DNA of 64,000 bases from Candidatus Cloacimonadales bacterium (GTDB lineage Bacteria; Cloacimonadota; Cloacimonadia; Cloacimonadales; JAFGVF01), in NCBI GenBank assembly GCA_963678375.2, contig OY782831.1, positions 1,087,030 to 1,151,029 of the forward strand, given 5' to 3'. The position numbers and the translations under genes are program-made. Under the pieces are notes generated by a model. It was given only the letters and a program-made list of their open reading frames with translations, searched no databases and was not told the DNA's origin. Below are positions 36,691-47,861 of the stretch, in pieces; position 1 is the first letter of the stretch; each line of letters opens with the position of its first letter.

Positions 36691-37524
36691 CTACTCCTTA
36701 ACTTCAATCTTGGATAGACTATATTTAGGTTGCCATTTTAATTCCACATAAGCATCATAAACCCAGGCATTTTCGCTTTTCCTTAAAAGTAAAGAATTAC
36801 GAGTATTCTTGATATTCTCAATTATGAGGGAAGCATCAATCTCAACAAACTTTTCTTGCATTTGCTGACTATTGATTATTGATGCCTTCACCTCTGGTTT
36901 AATACCGGAAATAAGATTATATACAGCATCATTATAGGCTTCATTATAAGCAGTTATCATATCAACTGCAGTATATTTACCAGAACTTATTAGCCACCTG
37001 TCTCTTGTAATAACTCTATTATCATTAAACCAGGTAGGTGGGGTATTGATTATTTGAGTGAGACTATCTATTTTTACTTTTTCAGCATGACTACCTACTA
37101 AGCCGATGGTCATTCCTAATAATTGATGTGTATTAAGAACATCACAATTACTAAAGTAGTCTTTAAGAGCTGGAATGTCACTAACAACCTGTAACTTAAA
37201 CTCAGAAAGAATTGGTGTTAAAATCAACTCATTCTCTTTCATTTTCATCTTTGCAATAACTACTGAAGATTTCTTTCGCTGAGAAAGTATTGCCCCTTTC
37301 TCTTTAATTTTGTCTTGAGTTACTTGGGGATTATAAATGTAAGTAGCAGCAATTCCGATTGTTAAGTCCTCTGACGGCATAGTAAGAAACCAGTTTGGTA
37401 GAATCAAATCTCCCACTAAAGAATCTCTTTCAGTTTTCTGGAGTGTTTGTTCATGATTTGCTTTCTGATTACTAGAACAAGATATTAGAAGAAAAAAAGT
37501 AAGAACAATTACTAGTTTTTTCAT
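36691..37524 (-). CDS. Lipoprotein of unknown function
   Basis: Signal peptide with a lipobox (LLISCSS). Lies in the operon between mnmG and kdsB. Confidence 0.5.
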   Translation of the reverse strand: MKKLVIVLTFFLLISCSSNQKANHEQTLQKTERDSLVGDLILPNWFLTMPSEDLTIGIAATYIYNPQVTQDKIKEKGAILSQRKKSSVVIAKMKMKENELILTPILSEFKLQVVSDIPALKDYFSNCDVLNTHQLLGMTIGLVGSHAEKVKIDSLTQIINTPPTWFNDNRVITRDRWLISSGKYTAVDMITAYNEAYNDAVYNLISGIKPEVKASIINSQQMQEKFVEIDASLIIENIKNTRNSLLLRKSENAWVYDAYVELKWQPKYSLSKIEVKE

Positions 37525-37528
37525 ATAA

Positions 37529-39364
37529 TTACCTTTTTTTATAATACTTCTTTAAATAAACTAATAAAGAAGAAACATCTGTAAAATTAACTCCAGGAAT
37601 TCTGGACATTTGTCCAATATTACTAGGTTTTATCTTGCTTAATTTTTCCCTTGCTTCATAAGCAATTGATTCAATTTCCATAAAATCAATATCCTGTGGG
37701 ATTAGTTGGTTTTGGACATTCTCAAACTTGTTAATATCAGCTAGTTGGCGTTTTAGATAACCTTCATATTTACACTCTAAGGAGACTCTTTCTGCTAAAT
37801 CATCTGGAATTTCTTGGTCAAATTTAAAACCAAATCTGCTTAAATCAGCAAAAGAAATATCAGGTCTCTTTAGCAGTTTGATAAACTTAATAGGTTCTTT
37901 AACACCTTCTATTGCTAAGCAGTTATTAGTCTCAAGCTTATCAATAATTCTATCTTTCAAGTCTTGGTTTTGACTAAACTTTTGCCATCTTTCCTCAGAA
38001 ACTAGACCTAACTTATACCCCAAAGGCATTAATCTTTCATCAGCATTATCCTGACGTAAAAAAAGTCGATACTCTGCTCTAGAAGTAAACATACGATAGG
38101 GTTCATTAGTTCCTTTAGTAACTAAATCATCTAAGAGAACTCCGATATATGATTTTGATCTATCAAATTGAAGAGGATCTTGTTTATTTAAAGAGAGAAC
38201 CGCATTAATTCCTGCTGCAATTCCTTGAGCACCAGCTTCTTCATAGCCAGAAGTACCATTGATTTGACCAGCTAAGTAGAGACCTGAAATGCTCTTTGTT
38301 TCCATAGTTGATTTGATATCTGACGGAATAACATAGTCATATTCAATAGCATAAGCATAACGGATTAGTTTGGCTTTCTCTAAACCTGAAATTGAATGGA
38401 TTAGCTGAATTTGGACATCAGGAGGTAAAGAATTACTTACCCCATTGACATAAGCTTCATAAGTATCGGTCCCTTCTGGTTCAATAAAAACATGGTGCTG
38501 GTTCTTATCTGAAAATTTAACTATTTTATCTTCAATTGAAGGACAATATCTAGGACCAACTCCTGATATTTTACCACCGTATAGTGCTGACTTTTGGAGA
38601 TTCTTTTCAATAATCTCATGACTTCTAGGATTTGTATGAGTCAACCAGCAATCAACTAAATTCTTTACTTTTACATCACGGTAGAAAGAAAAACCGCTAG
38701 GGTTATCATCTCCAGGTTGCACCTCTAACTTGGAATAATCAATTGTTCTTAAATCAATCCTAGCAGGTGTGCCTGTTTTAAATCTAGCAATATTCAAGCC
38801 TAGTTTACGTAAAGATGCTGAGAGGTCATTTGATGCTGGTTCACCAGATCTTCCACCTGGATATTGCTTATGCCCTATGTGAATAGCCCCTTTTAAAAAA
38901 GTACCATTTGCTAAAACTACTTTAGGAGCATAATAACTGTAACCTATTTGAGAGATGACGCCATTTACTTGCTTGTGAGAATCAATTAAAACCTCAGAGA
39001 TTGTATCTTCAATAATTTGCAAGTTTGGTTGATTTTCTAAATGCTGTCTCATTATTTTGGAATATAAATCTCTATCATTCTGAGATCTAGGAGCCCAAAC
39101 AGCAGGTCCCTTTTTTTTGTTAAGCATTCTAAATTGGATTCCACTTAAATCAGCAACATAACCTAACTCTCCACCCAAAGCATCAATTTCCCGAGCTAGA
39201 TGTCCTTTAGCTGGTCCTCCAACTGAAGGATTACAGGACATTCTTCCGATACTCTCTAACTTTATCACAAATATAGCAGTGTTAGCTCCCATTCTAGCAG
39301 CTGCTAAAGCAGCCTCAACTCCTGCATGACCTGCACCAACGACTATTACATCAAATTTATTCAT
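37529..39364 (-). CDS. mnmG: tRNA uridine 5-carboxymethylaminomethyl modification enzyme MnmG (GidA)
   Basis: 'DVIVVGAGHAGVEAALAAARMG', 'GPRYCPSIEDK'. 611 aa. Confidence 0.92.
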   Translation of the reverse strand: MNKFDVIVVGAGHAGVEAALAAARMGANTAIFVIKLESIGRMSCNPSVGGPAKGHLAREIDALGGELGYVADLSGIQFRMLNKKKGPAVWAPRSQNDRDLYSKIMRQHLENQPNLQIIEDTISEVLIDSHKQVNGVISQIGYSYYAPKVVLANGTFLKGAIHIGHKQYPGGRSGEPASNDLSASLRKLGLNIARFKTGTPARIDLRTIDYSKLEVQPGDDNPSGFSFYRDVKVKNLVDCWLTHTNPRSHEIIEKNLQKSALYGGKISGVGPRYCPSIEDKIVKFSDKNQHHVFIEPEGTDTYEAYVNGVSNSLPPDVQIQLIHSISGLEKAKLIRYAYAIEYDYVIPSDIKSTMETKSISGLYLAGQINGTSGYEEAGAQGIAAGINAVLSLNKQDPLQFDRSKSYIGVLLDDLVTKGTNEPYRMFTSRAEYRLFLRQDNADERLMPLGYKLGLVSEERWQKFSQNQDLKDRIIDKLETNNCLAIEGVKEPIKFIKLLKRPDISFADLSRFGFKFDQEIPDDLAERVSLECKYEGYLKRQLADINKFENVQNQLIPQDIDFMEIESIAYEAREKLSKIKPSNIGQMSRIPGVNFTDVSSLLVYLKKYYKKR

Positions 39365-39373
39365 TATTGTCCT

Positions 39374-39982
39374 TTAAAACAGTAATTTTTCTATCCATTG
39401 AGTTACTTGATTTATCCCAACTTTCTTAATTGATGAGAAAGGAATAACTTCTACTTCTTGAAGTTCAAACTCTTTCTTAATTCTTGCCACCTCTTTAGGA
39501 ATGGTTGTCTTCTTTATCTTATCACATTTAGTAGCAACAAAACAGAAGGGGATGCCAGACTCTACTAAGAGATCCTTCATTAATATATCTTTGGGGTCAG
39601 CTTTTCTTCTTATATCAACTAAGAGAGCTATACCCTTAAGTTGATATCTTTCAGTAAAATAAGTAGAAATCATCTTTCTCCAAGAATCCCTTTCTGCTAA
39701 TGAAACCTTAGCAAAACCATAACCTGGTAAGTCACAAATAGTGAAAAACCCAGATTCTTCACTCGCAGGAAACTTTACTCTTATTTGAAAAGTGTTTAAC
39801 AGTCTTGTTTTCCCTGGCTTTCCTGATGTTTTAGCTAATAACTTTCTATTAGTAATAGTGTTTATTAAGGTTGATTTACCTACATTAGATCTTCCTGCAA
39901 AGGCAATTTCACCAAAAATAGTCTCTGGATAATCTTTAGGATAAACGGCACTCTTAACAAACTGTGATTCTACTATTCTCAT
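39374..39982 (-). CDS. engB: Ribosome biogenesis GTP-binding protein YihA/EngB
   Basis: 'GRSNVGKSTLIN' (G1), 'DLPGYG' (G3), 'TKCDK' (G4). Confidence 0.85.
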   Translation of the reverse strand: MRIVESQFVKSAVYPKDYPETIFGEIAFAGRSNVGKSTLINTITNRKLLAKTSGKPGKTRLLNTFQIRVKFPASEESGFFTICDLPGYGFAKVSLAERDSWRKMISTYFTERYQLKGIALLVDIRRKADPKDILMKDLLVESGIPFCFVATKCDKIKKTTIPKEVARIKKEFELQEVEVIPFSSIKKVGINQVTQWIEKLLF

Positions 39983-40353
39983 GATTGTTCTGAATAAATT
40001 ACAGAAGACTTTTCAGACTCCCATACCTCAATTTCATAAACCTTACATCCAGCAATATCAATCATGTCATCAAGCCTTTCATAAAGGTATTTAGCAATAT
40101 TTTCAGATGTAGGATTTAGTTGTGTGAAAGGTTCTATAGTGTTTAAATGCTTATGATCTAACTCTTCCATCAAAACATTAAGCCATCCTTTAGCAACAGT
40201 AAAATCCACTGCCATTCCAAGTTCATCTACTTTCTCACAGTTTAAGCAAATCCTCACTTTCCAATTATGCCCATGTATATTCTTACATAATCCTGGATAT
40301 TCTCTGAGGTTATGGGCTGCAGAAAAATAGGAAGTAACATTTATTTTATACAT
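39979..40353 (-). CDS. queD: 6-carboxy-5,6,7,8-tetrahydropterin synthase
   Basis: 124 aa with 'FSAAHNL...C.NIHGHNW' and 'VWESE'. A 4-bp overlap with engB. Confidence 0.8.
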   Translation of the reverse strand: MYKINVTSYFSAAHNLREYPGLCKNIHGHNWKVRICLNCEKVDELGMAVDFTVAKGWLNVLMEELDHKHLNTIEPFTQLNPTSENIAKYLYERLDDMIDIAGCKVYEIEVWESEKSSVIYSEQS

Positions 40354-40720
40354 TTTTCTTCTCCTTAAATTATCTATAATTATAAATTACACGATACTAA
40401 ACAAGCTTCCTGTGTCAATAAAAAGATTAGTAATATTTAACTCAATCACGACAATAAGCTCTTTTTTTTCAACTATTTTTATTTAACTCCAATAGATCAA
40501 TAGTCTATAGAGAACAATACTATATTCTTCTACTTTCTTCTCTAGAAAACTAGATTGCATAACTTGAAATTAAGTAATAATTATAACTTAATAGAATATT
40601 TTCTTATCAAAACATTTAATATAAAATAAACATTAAAAGAATTATCAACAGATATTTATGAAATTTTACTTTACATTTTTATAGTAGTTTCAATAATTAG
40701 TATAATAAGGATTGTATACC

Positions 40721-43063
40721 ATGAATAACAATAGTATTCCTACAGAAAACATAATGAACTTATTACAGAAAGCCCAAGAGATTATCCATATCTCACCTGA
40801 CATGAGTCTTAAGTACGCTCTTCTTGCCCAAGAAAGAGCTTCTTCAGGTGAAAAACAGGCATATTTTGGTGTTTTTAATAAGATTATTGGTGAATGCTAT
40901 TTTCTCTTAAATGAATTAACTTTAGCAAAAGAATACATCAACAAAGCTAAGGAATACTATTATCAAAGAAGTGAACTGCTTCCTAAACTTGAAATTAACT
41001 CACTACTGGCTAAGTTCTATGTTAAAATCGGTGATACAGACAAAGCTGTCGAGATTTACCATGAAATGTTATTGGCTTCAACAACTCTCCACTTCTCTAA
41101 AGGTATTGTTATGGCTCTGCTTGAAATGGCAACTATGTACATTCAAGCTAGAGAGTATAGGTTAGCTTATGATGTTTTATCATCTATAAATGAAGAAGAC
41201 TTAGCAGACGCTTCAAAACTCATAAAATTCAAGGTCTATAGCAATACAATTTTAGCTTCTATTAAGTGCAATATTACCAATAAGCTTACTAAACTTTTAA
41301 AAGCTTCTTATAAAATAGCACAAGATTTAAACGATGATACTTTCTATAAAACATGCTATGAAAATTACTACCTTTACTATAAAGTAATGAATAATATACC
41401 TTTAGCATTTGAATATTTAGAGAAAAGTTATAATATAAATAATGAAATAAACCTAAAAAAATCTCAAACTAATTTAGCAAAACTATTAAACCAGTTTGAA
41501 ATTGATAAAAGAGAGCAAGAGATTAGTCAAATTGAAGAAAAGAGACTTGCTTTAGAAGAAGCAAATAAAATCATAAGAAAGCAAAAACTCTTCTTGGAAA
41601 CAATTTTAGACACCATACCTAATGCAATCTATTATAAGGATTTGCAAGGAAATTATCTAGGATATAACAAAAAATGGGTTGATTTATTTGTTGGCAAATC
41701 TAAAAGACACAATATAAAAAATCTATATGATGTACTTCCTAAAGAACAAGCGGATACTTTAACTAGTGATGATAAAGATTTATTATATCAGAAAAGGTTG
41801 ACTAAAAATGAGTACAAACTTTATCTTGCAGACAAAAAAGAACATTCATTAGTTATCTATAAAGATCTTTTTAGAGATGAAAGAGGAGCTATTGATGGTA
41901 TTATAGGTGTTGTAAATGATATTACAGAATATAAAAACACTTATCAAGAAGCTTCTAAAACTAATAGTTTTTTAAATGCTATTTTTGATTATGCACCAAT
42001 AGGCATTTGCATTTTTTCTAATGATGGCAAAATAGAGAAGGCAAACAATTATTTAAAAAATATTCTATTGCAATATGAAGATGCTCCTTTCGATAATATC
42101 TTAGACTTTGTTTTAGATGAAGATAAGCAACAAATAGTTACTAGTTTAGCAAGATCTTCATTAAGTAAAGAAAGTAATACAACAGAATTAAGACTGCAAG
42201 CCCAGAACGGTATGATAATTTATGCTGAGATATCTTACTCACCTGTCTTTAGTCCAACAGCCCATAAATCAACTAATCTGGCAATTATAAAAGATATAAC
42301 TGACAGAAAAATATATAATGAGACTCTTCTTAGGTCTGAAAGAAAATTACGAGACGCTAACTATGCTAAAGATAGATTTTTCTCTATTATAGCCCATGAC
42401 TTAAGAGGTCCTATCGGTAACTATAGAGAAGTATTTAAATTACTCTCAACTAAAAGAAACATCTTCACAGAAGAAGAAAAAGCAAATCTGATGGCAGAAC
42501 TATATAAGTCAGCAGACCATACATTTGATTTGCTAGAAAACCTATTACAATGGACTAGAAGCCAGAAAAATGAACTTCAGATAATCCCTAATTACTATTC
42601 AATTTTTGAAATAACAACTAATACAATTAATACATTATCAGCACTAGTAGAAAAGAAGAAGCTAACTATTGAAAATGATGCAAAGCTTGAACATAGTGGT
42701 TATTTTGATATTAATATGATTTCAACTGTTATTAGAAATTTAATTTCAAATGCAATAAAATTCTCATACCCTAAATCAAAAATAACTATCTCTTCGACAA
42801 TAGATAATGATTTACTTTTAGTTTCTGTTAAGGATTATGGCGTTGGTATTCCTAAAAAGAAACTAAACACACTATTTGACCCTAAAGAAATGTCCTCAAC
42901 ACTAGGAACTTCTAAAGAAAAAGGGACTGGATTAGGTCTTGTTTTATGCAAAAGTTTTGTAGAACTTAATCATGGATCTATTTGGGTTGAAAGCAAAGAA
43001 AATGAAGGAACAACATTCACCTTCACTCTTCCATTGGAAAATTCTCTTCAAGAAAATCACTAA
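40721..43063 (+). CDS. Cytoplasmic sensor histidine kinase with a TPR-like N-terminal region and PAS domains
   Basis: H-box 'FSIIAHDLRGPIGN', N-box 'NLISNAIKFS', G-boxes 'DYGVGIP' and 'GTGLGLVLC'. No adjacent response regulator. Confidence 0.8.
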   Translation: MNNNSIPTENIMNLLQKAQEIIHISPDMSLKYALLAQERASSGEKQAYFGVFNKIIGECYFLLNELTLAKEYINKAKEYYYQRSELLPKLEINSLLAKFYVKIGDTDKAVEIYHEMLLASTTLHFSKGIVMALLEMATMYIQAREYRLAYDVLSSINEEDLADASKLIKFKVYSNTILASIKCNITNKLTKLLKASYKIAQDLNDDTFYKTCYENYYLYYKVMNNIPLAFEYLEKSYNINNEINLKKSQTNLAKLLNQFEIDKREQEISQIEEKRLALEEANKIIRKQKLFLETILDTIPNAIYYKDLQGNYLGYNKKWVDLFVGKSKRHNIKNLYDVLPKEQADTLTSDDKDLLYQKRLTKNEYKLYLADKKEHSLVIYKDLFRDERGAIDGIIGVVNDITEYKNTYQEASKTNSFLNAIFDYAPIGICIFSNDGKIEKANNYLKNILLQYEDAPFDNILDFVLDEDKQQIVTSLARSSLSKESNTTELRLQAQNGMIIYAEISYSPVFSPTAHKSTNLAIIKDITDRKIYNETLLRSERKLRDANYAKDRFFSIIAHDLRGPIGNYREVFKLLSTKRNIFTEEEKANLMAELYKSADHTFDLLENLLQWTRSQKNELQIIPNYYSIFEITTNTINTLSALVEKKKLTIENDAKLEHSGYFDINMISTVIRNLISNAIKFSYPKSKITISSTIDNDLLLVSVKDYGVGIPKKKLNTLFDPKEMSSTLGTSKEKGTGLGLVLCKSFVELNHGSIWVESKENEGTTFTFTLPLENSLQENH

Positions 43064-43090
43064 AGAAACAAAGGCAAACATAACAAGCAA

Positions 43091-44062
43091 ATGAAAATAC
43101 TAATTATTAGATTTAGCTCCTTAGGAGATATCATTCTAACTCAACCAATTATTGCAGAACTCAAAGAACATTTTCCAGGAGCTGAAATTGACTATTTAAC
43201 GAAAGATATATTTGCCCCCCTAGTGGAAAATTATTTTTTCATAAACAGAGTCTTAACTGATTACAAATCTTTATCATCTCTATGGAATATAAGGAAAAAC
43301 AAATACGACTTGATCATTGACCTGCATAATAAACTTAACTCTTGGATTGCTAAAAGAATTATTCAAGGTAAAAAATGCATTACTTATAACAAGAAAAGAA
43401 AATTAAGACAAAAGATAGTGGCTCATAAAACTAATCAAACGATTAATTCCACAGTAGATTTGTATAACAGTATTTTCACTAAAATGAAACTTAACTTTTC
43501 TTTTAGACAACCTCTCTTACGGGTGCCACTTTCTTCAAAAAATCTTCTTATCAGACCAGAAAAATATAAAGTTATGATTTTCCCTGGTGCCACTCATAAC
43601 ACTAAAAGAATCCCTTGTCATAAACTTATCTCTTTTATTAACAATTATGACCATAATGACACTGTTTTCTATCTAATGGGCTCACCCAACGAAAAGAATA
43701 TTACTAGCAGAATAAAAGAGAATAGTAATAAGGCTTGCATAGATTTAGCTGGAAAATTTGACTTAGTTGATTTAGTTATCGCTATAAGTCAAGCCGATAT
43801 AATCATAACCAATGACTCTGGTCCGATGCATATTGCCGCAGCCTTAGAAAAACCACAAATTGCCTTTTTTGGTTCAACAAATACTTCATTAGGTTTTAGA
43901 CCCTTAAATTCAAAAGCTAAGATAATTACATATCCAGTAGAGTGTTCACCTTGTAGTTTACACGGAGAGAAGGAATGCCCTTTAAAACATTTTTCCTGCC
44001 TACAAAACATCTCTATCGAAACTATATATGCAAACTATATAGACTTACTCCAACTCAAATAG
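43091..44062 (+). CDS. Glycosyltransferase family 9 (LPS heptosyltransferase-like)
   Basis: 'MKILIIRFSSLGDIILTQP' and 'TNDSGPMHIAAAL'. Confidence 0.8.
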   Translation: MKILIIRFSSLGDIILTQPIIAELKEHFPGAEIDYLTKDIFAPLVENYFFINRVLTDYKSLSSLWNIRKNKYDLIIDLHNKLNSWIAKRIIQGKKCITYNKKRKLRQKIVAHKTNQTINSTVDLYNSIFTKMKLNFSFRQPLLRVPLSSKNLLIRPEKYKVMIFPGATHNTKRIPCHKLISFINNYDHNDTVFYLMGSPNEKNITSRIKENSNKACIDLAGKFDLVDLVIAISQADIIITNDSGPMHIAAALEKPQIAFFGSTNTSLGFRPLNSKAKIITYPVECSPCSLHGEKECPLKHFSCLQNISIETIYANYIDLLQLK

Positions 44063-44091
44063 ATTATATTTCAACATCTAGGACAATATTA

Positions 44092-44970
44092 ATGACATCG
44101 AACTTAATCAATGGACTCCTTGCTTTTGTATTGTGGGGCTTGTTTCCCATTTACTGGCGAGCCTTACAAGCAGTACCTGCTCCTGAAATCTTAGCTTACA
44201 GAATAGTAGGTTCATTATTTTTTGTTTTCTTTTTATTAGTTATATTGAACAAATGGACTTGGTTAAAAAAACTTACTTTCAAGAAGTTCTCCTTCTATGG
44301 GTTAACCTCTATTTTCATATCAATAAACTGGTTAGTGTATATTTGGGCAGTTAATAATGACCAAGTAGTTGAGGCAAGTCTAGGTTATTATATAAACCCT
44401 TTAACAAATGTCCTATTGGGTAGAATTTTCCTAAAAGAGAAACTTAGATCAATGCAAAAACTAGCTATCTTTATTGCCTTACTTGGAGTTACCTTCCTTA
44501 CCTATAAATATGGGAAACTACCCTGGGTTTCCTTAATTCTAGCAATCTCTTTTGCTGTGTATGGACTCCTCAAAAAGAAATCTGACTTAGGTGGTGTTGA
44601 ATCCTTTTCTCTAGAATCTTTAATCTTATCCTTCCCTGCTTTAGCTTTTATTATTTTCCTTATCAATCAAGGGAGTAGTTCTTGGGGAAAACTAGGACTG
44701 CAAGCAGACCTCCTCTTACTAGGGGCTGGAGTAGCAACAGGATTACCACTTGTACTTTTTAACTTAGCAGCCAAGAAATTAACTTTAACCTCCCTAGGAA
44801 TGCTACAATATATAGCACCTACTTTCCAGTTATTAATAGGACTACTTGTATTCAAAGAGCCTTTTCCAATGGATAAGTTGATTGGATTCATAATTATCTG
44901 GTTAGCTCTTATAATCTACACAAGCGAATTAATTCACCATAATAATAATGAGAGAAAAAAAATATTATAA
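44092..44970 (+). CDS. rarD: RarD-type EamA family transporter
   Basis: The start is moved to ATG 44092. 'GLLAFVLWGLFPIYW' and 'GYYINPL' are typical of RarD. Ten transmembrane segments. Confidence 0.7.
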   Translation: MTSNLINGLLAFVLWGLFPIYWRALQAVPAPEILAYRIVGSLFFVFFLLVILNKWTWLKKLTFKKFSFYGLTSIFISINWLVYIWAVNNDQVVEASLGYYINPLTNVLLGRIFLKEKLRSMQKLAIFIALLGVTFLTYKYGKLPWVSLILAISFAVYGLLKKKSDLGGVESFSLESLILSFPALAFIIFLINQGSSSWGKLGLQADLLLLGAGVATGLPLVLFNLAAKKLTLTSLGMLQYIAPTFQLLIGLLVFKEPFPMDKLIGFIIIWLALIIYTSELIHHNNNERKKIL

Positions 44971-44980
44971 ACTAAGTACT

Positions 44981-45910
44981 TTAATCTAATATTTTCTGAC
45001 TATTTTTAAAGTGTAGTTTAGCAATATGCTGCAAGGTATCTGCTCCTAAACTAGTTACAATTTTCTTGCCAGTAACTATAGTAGTATTTCCCCCACCTTT
45101 AGGTAGGGTAAAACCAATTTCTCTAGAATAATATTCAATACCTGCATTAAATTTCGCTCTAGCTAAAATTGAAGCAGTAGCAACAGCAATATCTCTCTCC
45201 CCTTGATGGGCTTGCAAGATATCACAGTTATCAATTTTCTCAGAGTGTAAGTAGTATTCGACCAAGCCTTGTTTAGTAAATCTATCTACAAAGATACCTT
45301 GAGGATTAAACTTTCTAGCTAAATTGGCAATAACTTTTGAATGACACCAAGCTAATAAATGATTAAGATTTTTCTTGCTTTGTGTAAAATTATGATATAG
45401 TTCATTATATTTTTTGGGGGTTAAAGTTATTAGTTGATAACGATTGGGGAACCTTTCCATTATCTTTTTAGCAATTATATTTATCTGATTATCCTGCAAT
45501 TGTTTACTGTCTTTTACACCTAATCTTTTAAGAGAAACAATATCTTGAGATTGGCAATAAAACCCTGCAACAACTAAAGGCCCATAATAGTCGCCTTTAC
45601 CGGACTCATCACTACCAACCCAGCTATCCCAATTGTGCAAGTTATCTAGCTCAAGTATAGCCTTACTCCTTTCTACTTGAATAACTATTTCATTTATAAT
45701 CCTGTTTATTCTACTTTCTTTATTCGTAACAACAAATGAAACTTTATTCTTCTTAGCACTATAATAGATATTGACTTTACTGTTTTCATTTTCCAAACTA
45801 AACTCCAACTGACATCCGTAAGCTAGTTTTTTCTGACTAACTAAGTGAAGTCTTTTCTTTAGAGCTAAGCTTTTAAATCTACTTAATATATCCGTGAATT
45901 CTTGACTCAT
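44981..45910 (-). CDS. rnhC: Ribonuclease HIII
   Basis: An N-terminal domain of about 85 aa followed by 'GSDESGKGDYYGPLVVA' and 'DSK' RNase HII/HIII motifs. 309 aa. Confidence 0.75.
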   Translation of the reverse strand: MSQEFTDILSRFKSLALKKRLHLVSQKKLAYGCQLEFSLENENSKVNIYYSAKKNKVSFVVTNKESRINRIINEIVIQVERSKAILELDNLHNWDSWVGSDESGKGDYYGPLVVAGFYCQSQDIVSLKRLGVKDSKQLQDNQINIIAKKIMERFPNRYQLITLTPKKYNELYHNFTQSKKNLNHLLAWCHSKVIANLARKFNPQGIFVDRFTKQGLVEYYLHSEKIDNCDILQAHQGERDIAVATASILARAKFNAGIEYYSREIGFTLPKGGGNTTIVTGKKIVTSLGADTLQHIAKLHFKNSQKILD

Positions 45911-46120
45911 GCTTACTTCCTTTATCCCGAATAATGTAGTAGAACCTTAATGAAGAGTGCAGGTTCTTTTTACAAAGGGCTCCTACGTTATTTGGGTTTA
46001 AGAAGAAAATTAAAAGCAATAATAATATGTCAATCTTTATCAATAATGAATATATTTTTCCATACAAATAATTTGACTAATTTATTTATTCTTATTATCT
46101 TGTCTATTAGGAGTGTGAAT

Positions 46121-46561
46121 ATGAAAAAAGATATTTTTTCTCAACTAAAGACCATTGAAGATGGTATGAATAATTTACTTGGAGCAATGTCTTCGCTAAC
46201 TCACAGTAAATACACTTTCCATGATAATTATGATGAAGTGTGGACACCCAACTGTGATGTTTATATATCGAACTCTAAATTGAATATAGTAATCGAGTTA
46301 GCTGGTGTAGAAAAAGATTCTATTGAGTTAATCTTTAATGATAGCTACTTATTACTAAAAGGTAACAGAGATTTTGGAGTTCCTTGTAGCGATGTATGTT
46401 TCTATCACATGGAAATTGAAACTGGTTCTTTTGAAAGGGCTATTTACTTTCCCGATGTTCAAATAAATAAAGAAAATCCAATAGTTAAGTTCGAAAATGG
46501 TATTTTGAACATACAATTCGAATTATGGGAGGAAAAAGAATCAATAATAACTGTAGAATAA
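46121..46561 (+). CDS. Hsp20/alpha-crystallin family small heat-shock protein
   Basis: ATG 46121 follows AGGAG; the long hydrophobic extension from 45950 is rejected. 'PNCDVY...LNIVIELAGVEKDSIEL...LLLKGNR' and 'ENGILNIQF'. Confidence 0.75.
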   Translation: MKKDIFSQLKTIEDGMNNLLGAMSSLTHSKYTFHDNYDEVWTPNCDVYISNSKLNIVIELAGVEKDSIELIFNDSYLLLKGNRDFGVPCSDVCFYHMEIETGSFERAIYFPDVQINKENPIVKFENGILNIQFELWEEKESIITVE

Positions 46562-46704
46562 ACTAAATATCCCATTTAATAGTCAAAATCTGAATTAAAT
46601 GCTTGATAAAAATATTACACCATTGTTATTTCTCTGTAAATTCTACATTTAAGTGTTGACAGGTTAATGCTTTAGAATTTCCTTGCATTTAAGGAGTTTA
46701 ATTT

Positions 46705-47859
46705 ATGATTTATCCAGACTTCAATAATAGTTTGCTTAATTTAACAGCATCAATATCTTTAGCTTATGGTTGTAGTTCTTCTTACCAACCCCTTACAAGT
46801 CTACCAATTAGTGATTTACAGAACAAGAAAAACGTAATTTTAATTGTTATAGATGGCTTAGGCTATAATTTTTATAAAGAAAAAGTAAAAGAACCTATAC
46901 TCGCAAATAGCAATTTTGATCCAATAACATCTGTATTCCCTTCTACAACTGCTGTTGCTATAACTTCAATTTTGACTGGTAAGTCTCCTTATGAACATGC
47001 CCTAACTGGCTGGTTTGTCTATTTAAAAGAATTGGGTTCTGTATCGAAGATTTTACCCTTAGTACCCAGATATTCTGAGAGTGTTTATTTTGATAATGAT
47101 GAAGACTCTAATGATATCTACGGGTTTGATTGCCTTCTTGACAGTTTCAATGTAGATACTCATTTTATCCATCTCAATAAGTATCAAGATGACTCCTATC
47201 AAAAACTATTACGAGGGAAATCACACTTTCATGGTTTTGATGATTTATCAGAGTTTTCCCATACCATAACTAAGGCAATTAATACTAGAAAATCAAGTAA
47301 GAAGTTTATCTACTCTTATTGGAATGGCTTAGACGCAGTATCTCATAAATATGGATATGACTCCAAAGAGGCTGTTGAGCATTTTGACCAGATTCAATCA
47401 GAGTTGGCAAATATTGCAAAAAATATAAATACTGAAGATACAGGCTTAATAATCACAGCTGATCATGGTTTTATAAATGTCCCAAACCAGAATAAAATCA
47501 GAGTAAAAGATATACCAGGTTTGAGAGAATGTTTAGTTTTACCACTTATGGGTGAACCCCGTTCTCCTTATTGCTATATCAGATCAGGTAAAGAAAAGCA
47601 ATTCAAAGAAGTTTGGAAAAAACACCTATCTGATTATTCTCAACTTTTTCATATTGACGAGTTGGTTAAAAAACAAATTTTTGGTCTATACCAAATGCAT
47701 AGTCGTTTCCCAGACAGAGTTGGAGATTATATTCTATTTATGAATGACGGTTATGTCTTAATAGATAATGTATTACTAGAGAAGGAGATGGATTTAGTGG
47801 GCTACCATGGTGGGCTTACCCAAAATGAAATGCTAGTTCCGCTTATTTATATAGGATAA
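46705..47859 (+). CDS. Alkaline phosphatase superfamily protein (nucleotide pyrophosphatase/phosphodiesterase-like)
   Basis: 'ILIVIDGLGYN', 'SVFPSTTAVAITSILTG', 'ITADHGF', 'GYHGGLT'. Confidence 0.7.
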   Translation: MIYPDFNNSLLNLTASISLAYGCSSSYQPLTSLPISDLQNKKNVILIVIDGLGYNFYKEKVKEPILANSNFDPITSVFPSTTAVAITSILTGKSPYEHALTGWFVYLKELGSVSKILPLVPRYSESVYFDNDEDSNDIYGFDCLLDSFNVDTHFIHLNKYQDDSYQKLLRGKSHFHGFDDLSEFSHTITKAINTRKSSKKFIYSYWNGLDAVSHKYGYDSKEAVEHFDQIQSELANIAKNINTEDTGLIITADHGFINVPNQNKIRVKDIPGLRECLVLPLMGEPRSPYCYIRSGKEKQFKEVWKKHLSDYSQLFHIDELVKKQIFGLYQMHSRFPDRVGDYILFMNDGYVLIDNVLLEKEMDLVGYHGGLTQNEMLVPLIYIG

Positions 47860-47861
47860 AA

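Noticed and set aside
40354-40711. The strand-switch intergenic region near mnmG (gidA), considered as an alternative oriC
   Set aside because: It is divergent and A+T-rich, but I find only one one-mismatch DnaA box (TTATCAACA, about 40645-40653) and one two-mismatch site. That is far weaker than the 56.3-56.5 kb cluster. GC-skew analysis is still needed.
45879-46120. ORF 45879..46067(-) and the long N-terminal extension of the Hsp20 ORF from 45950
   Set aside because: The extension is hydrophobic, low-complexity sequence across a divergent promoter region. ATG 46121 has an AGGAG SD and begins the conserved sHSP sequence. Similar N-terminal trims were applied at 564, 9866, 23358, 24745, 27056, 30479, 40712, 43975, 54392 and 60816.
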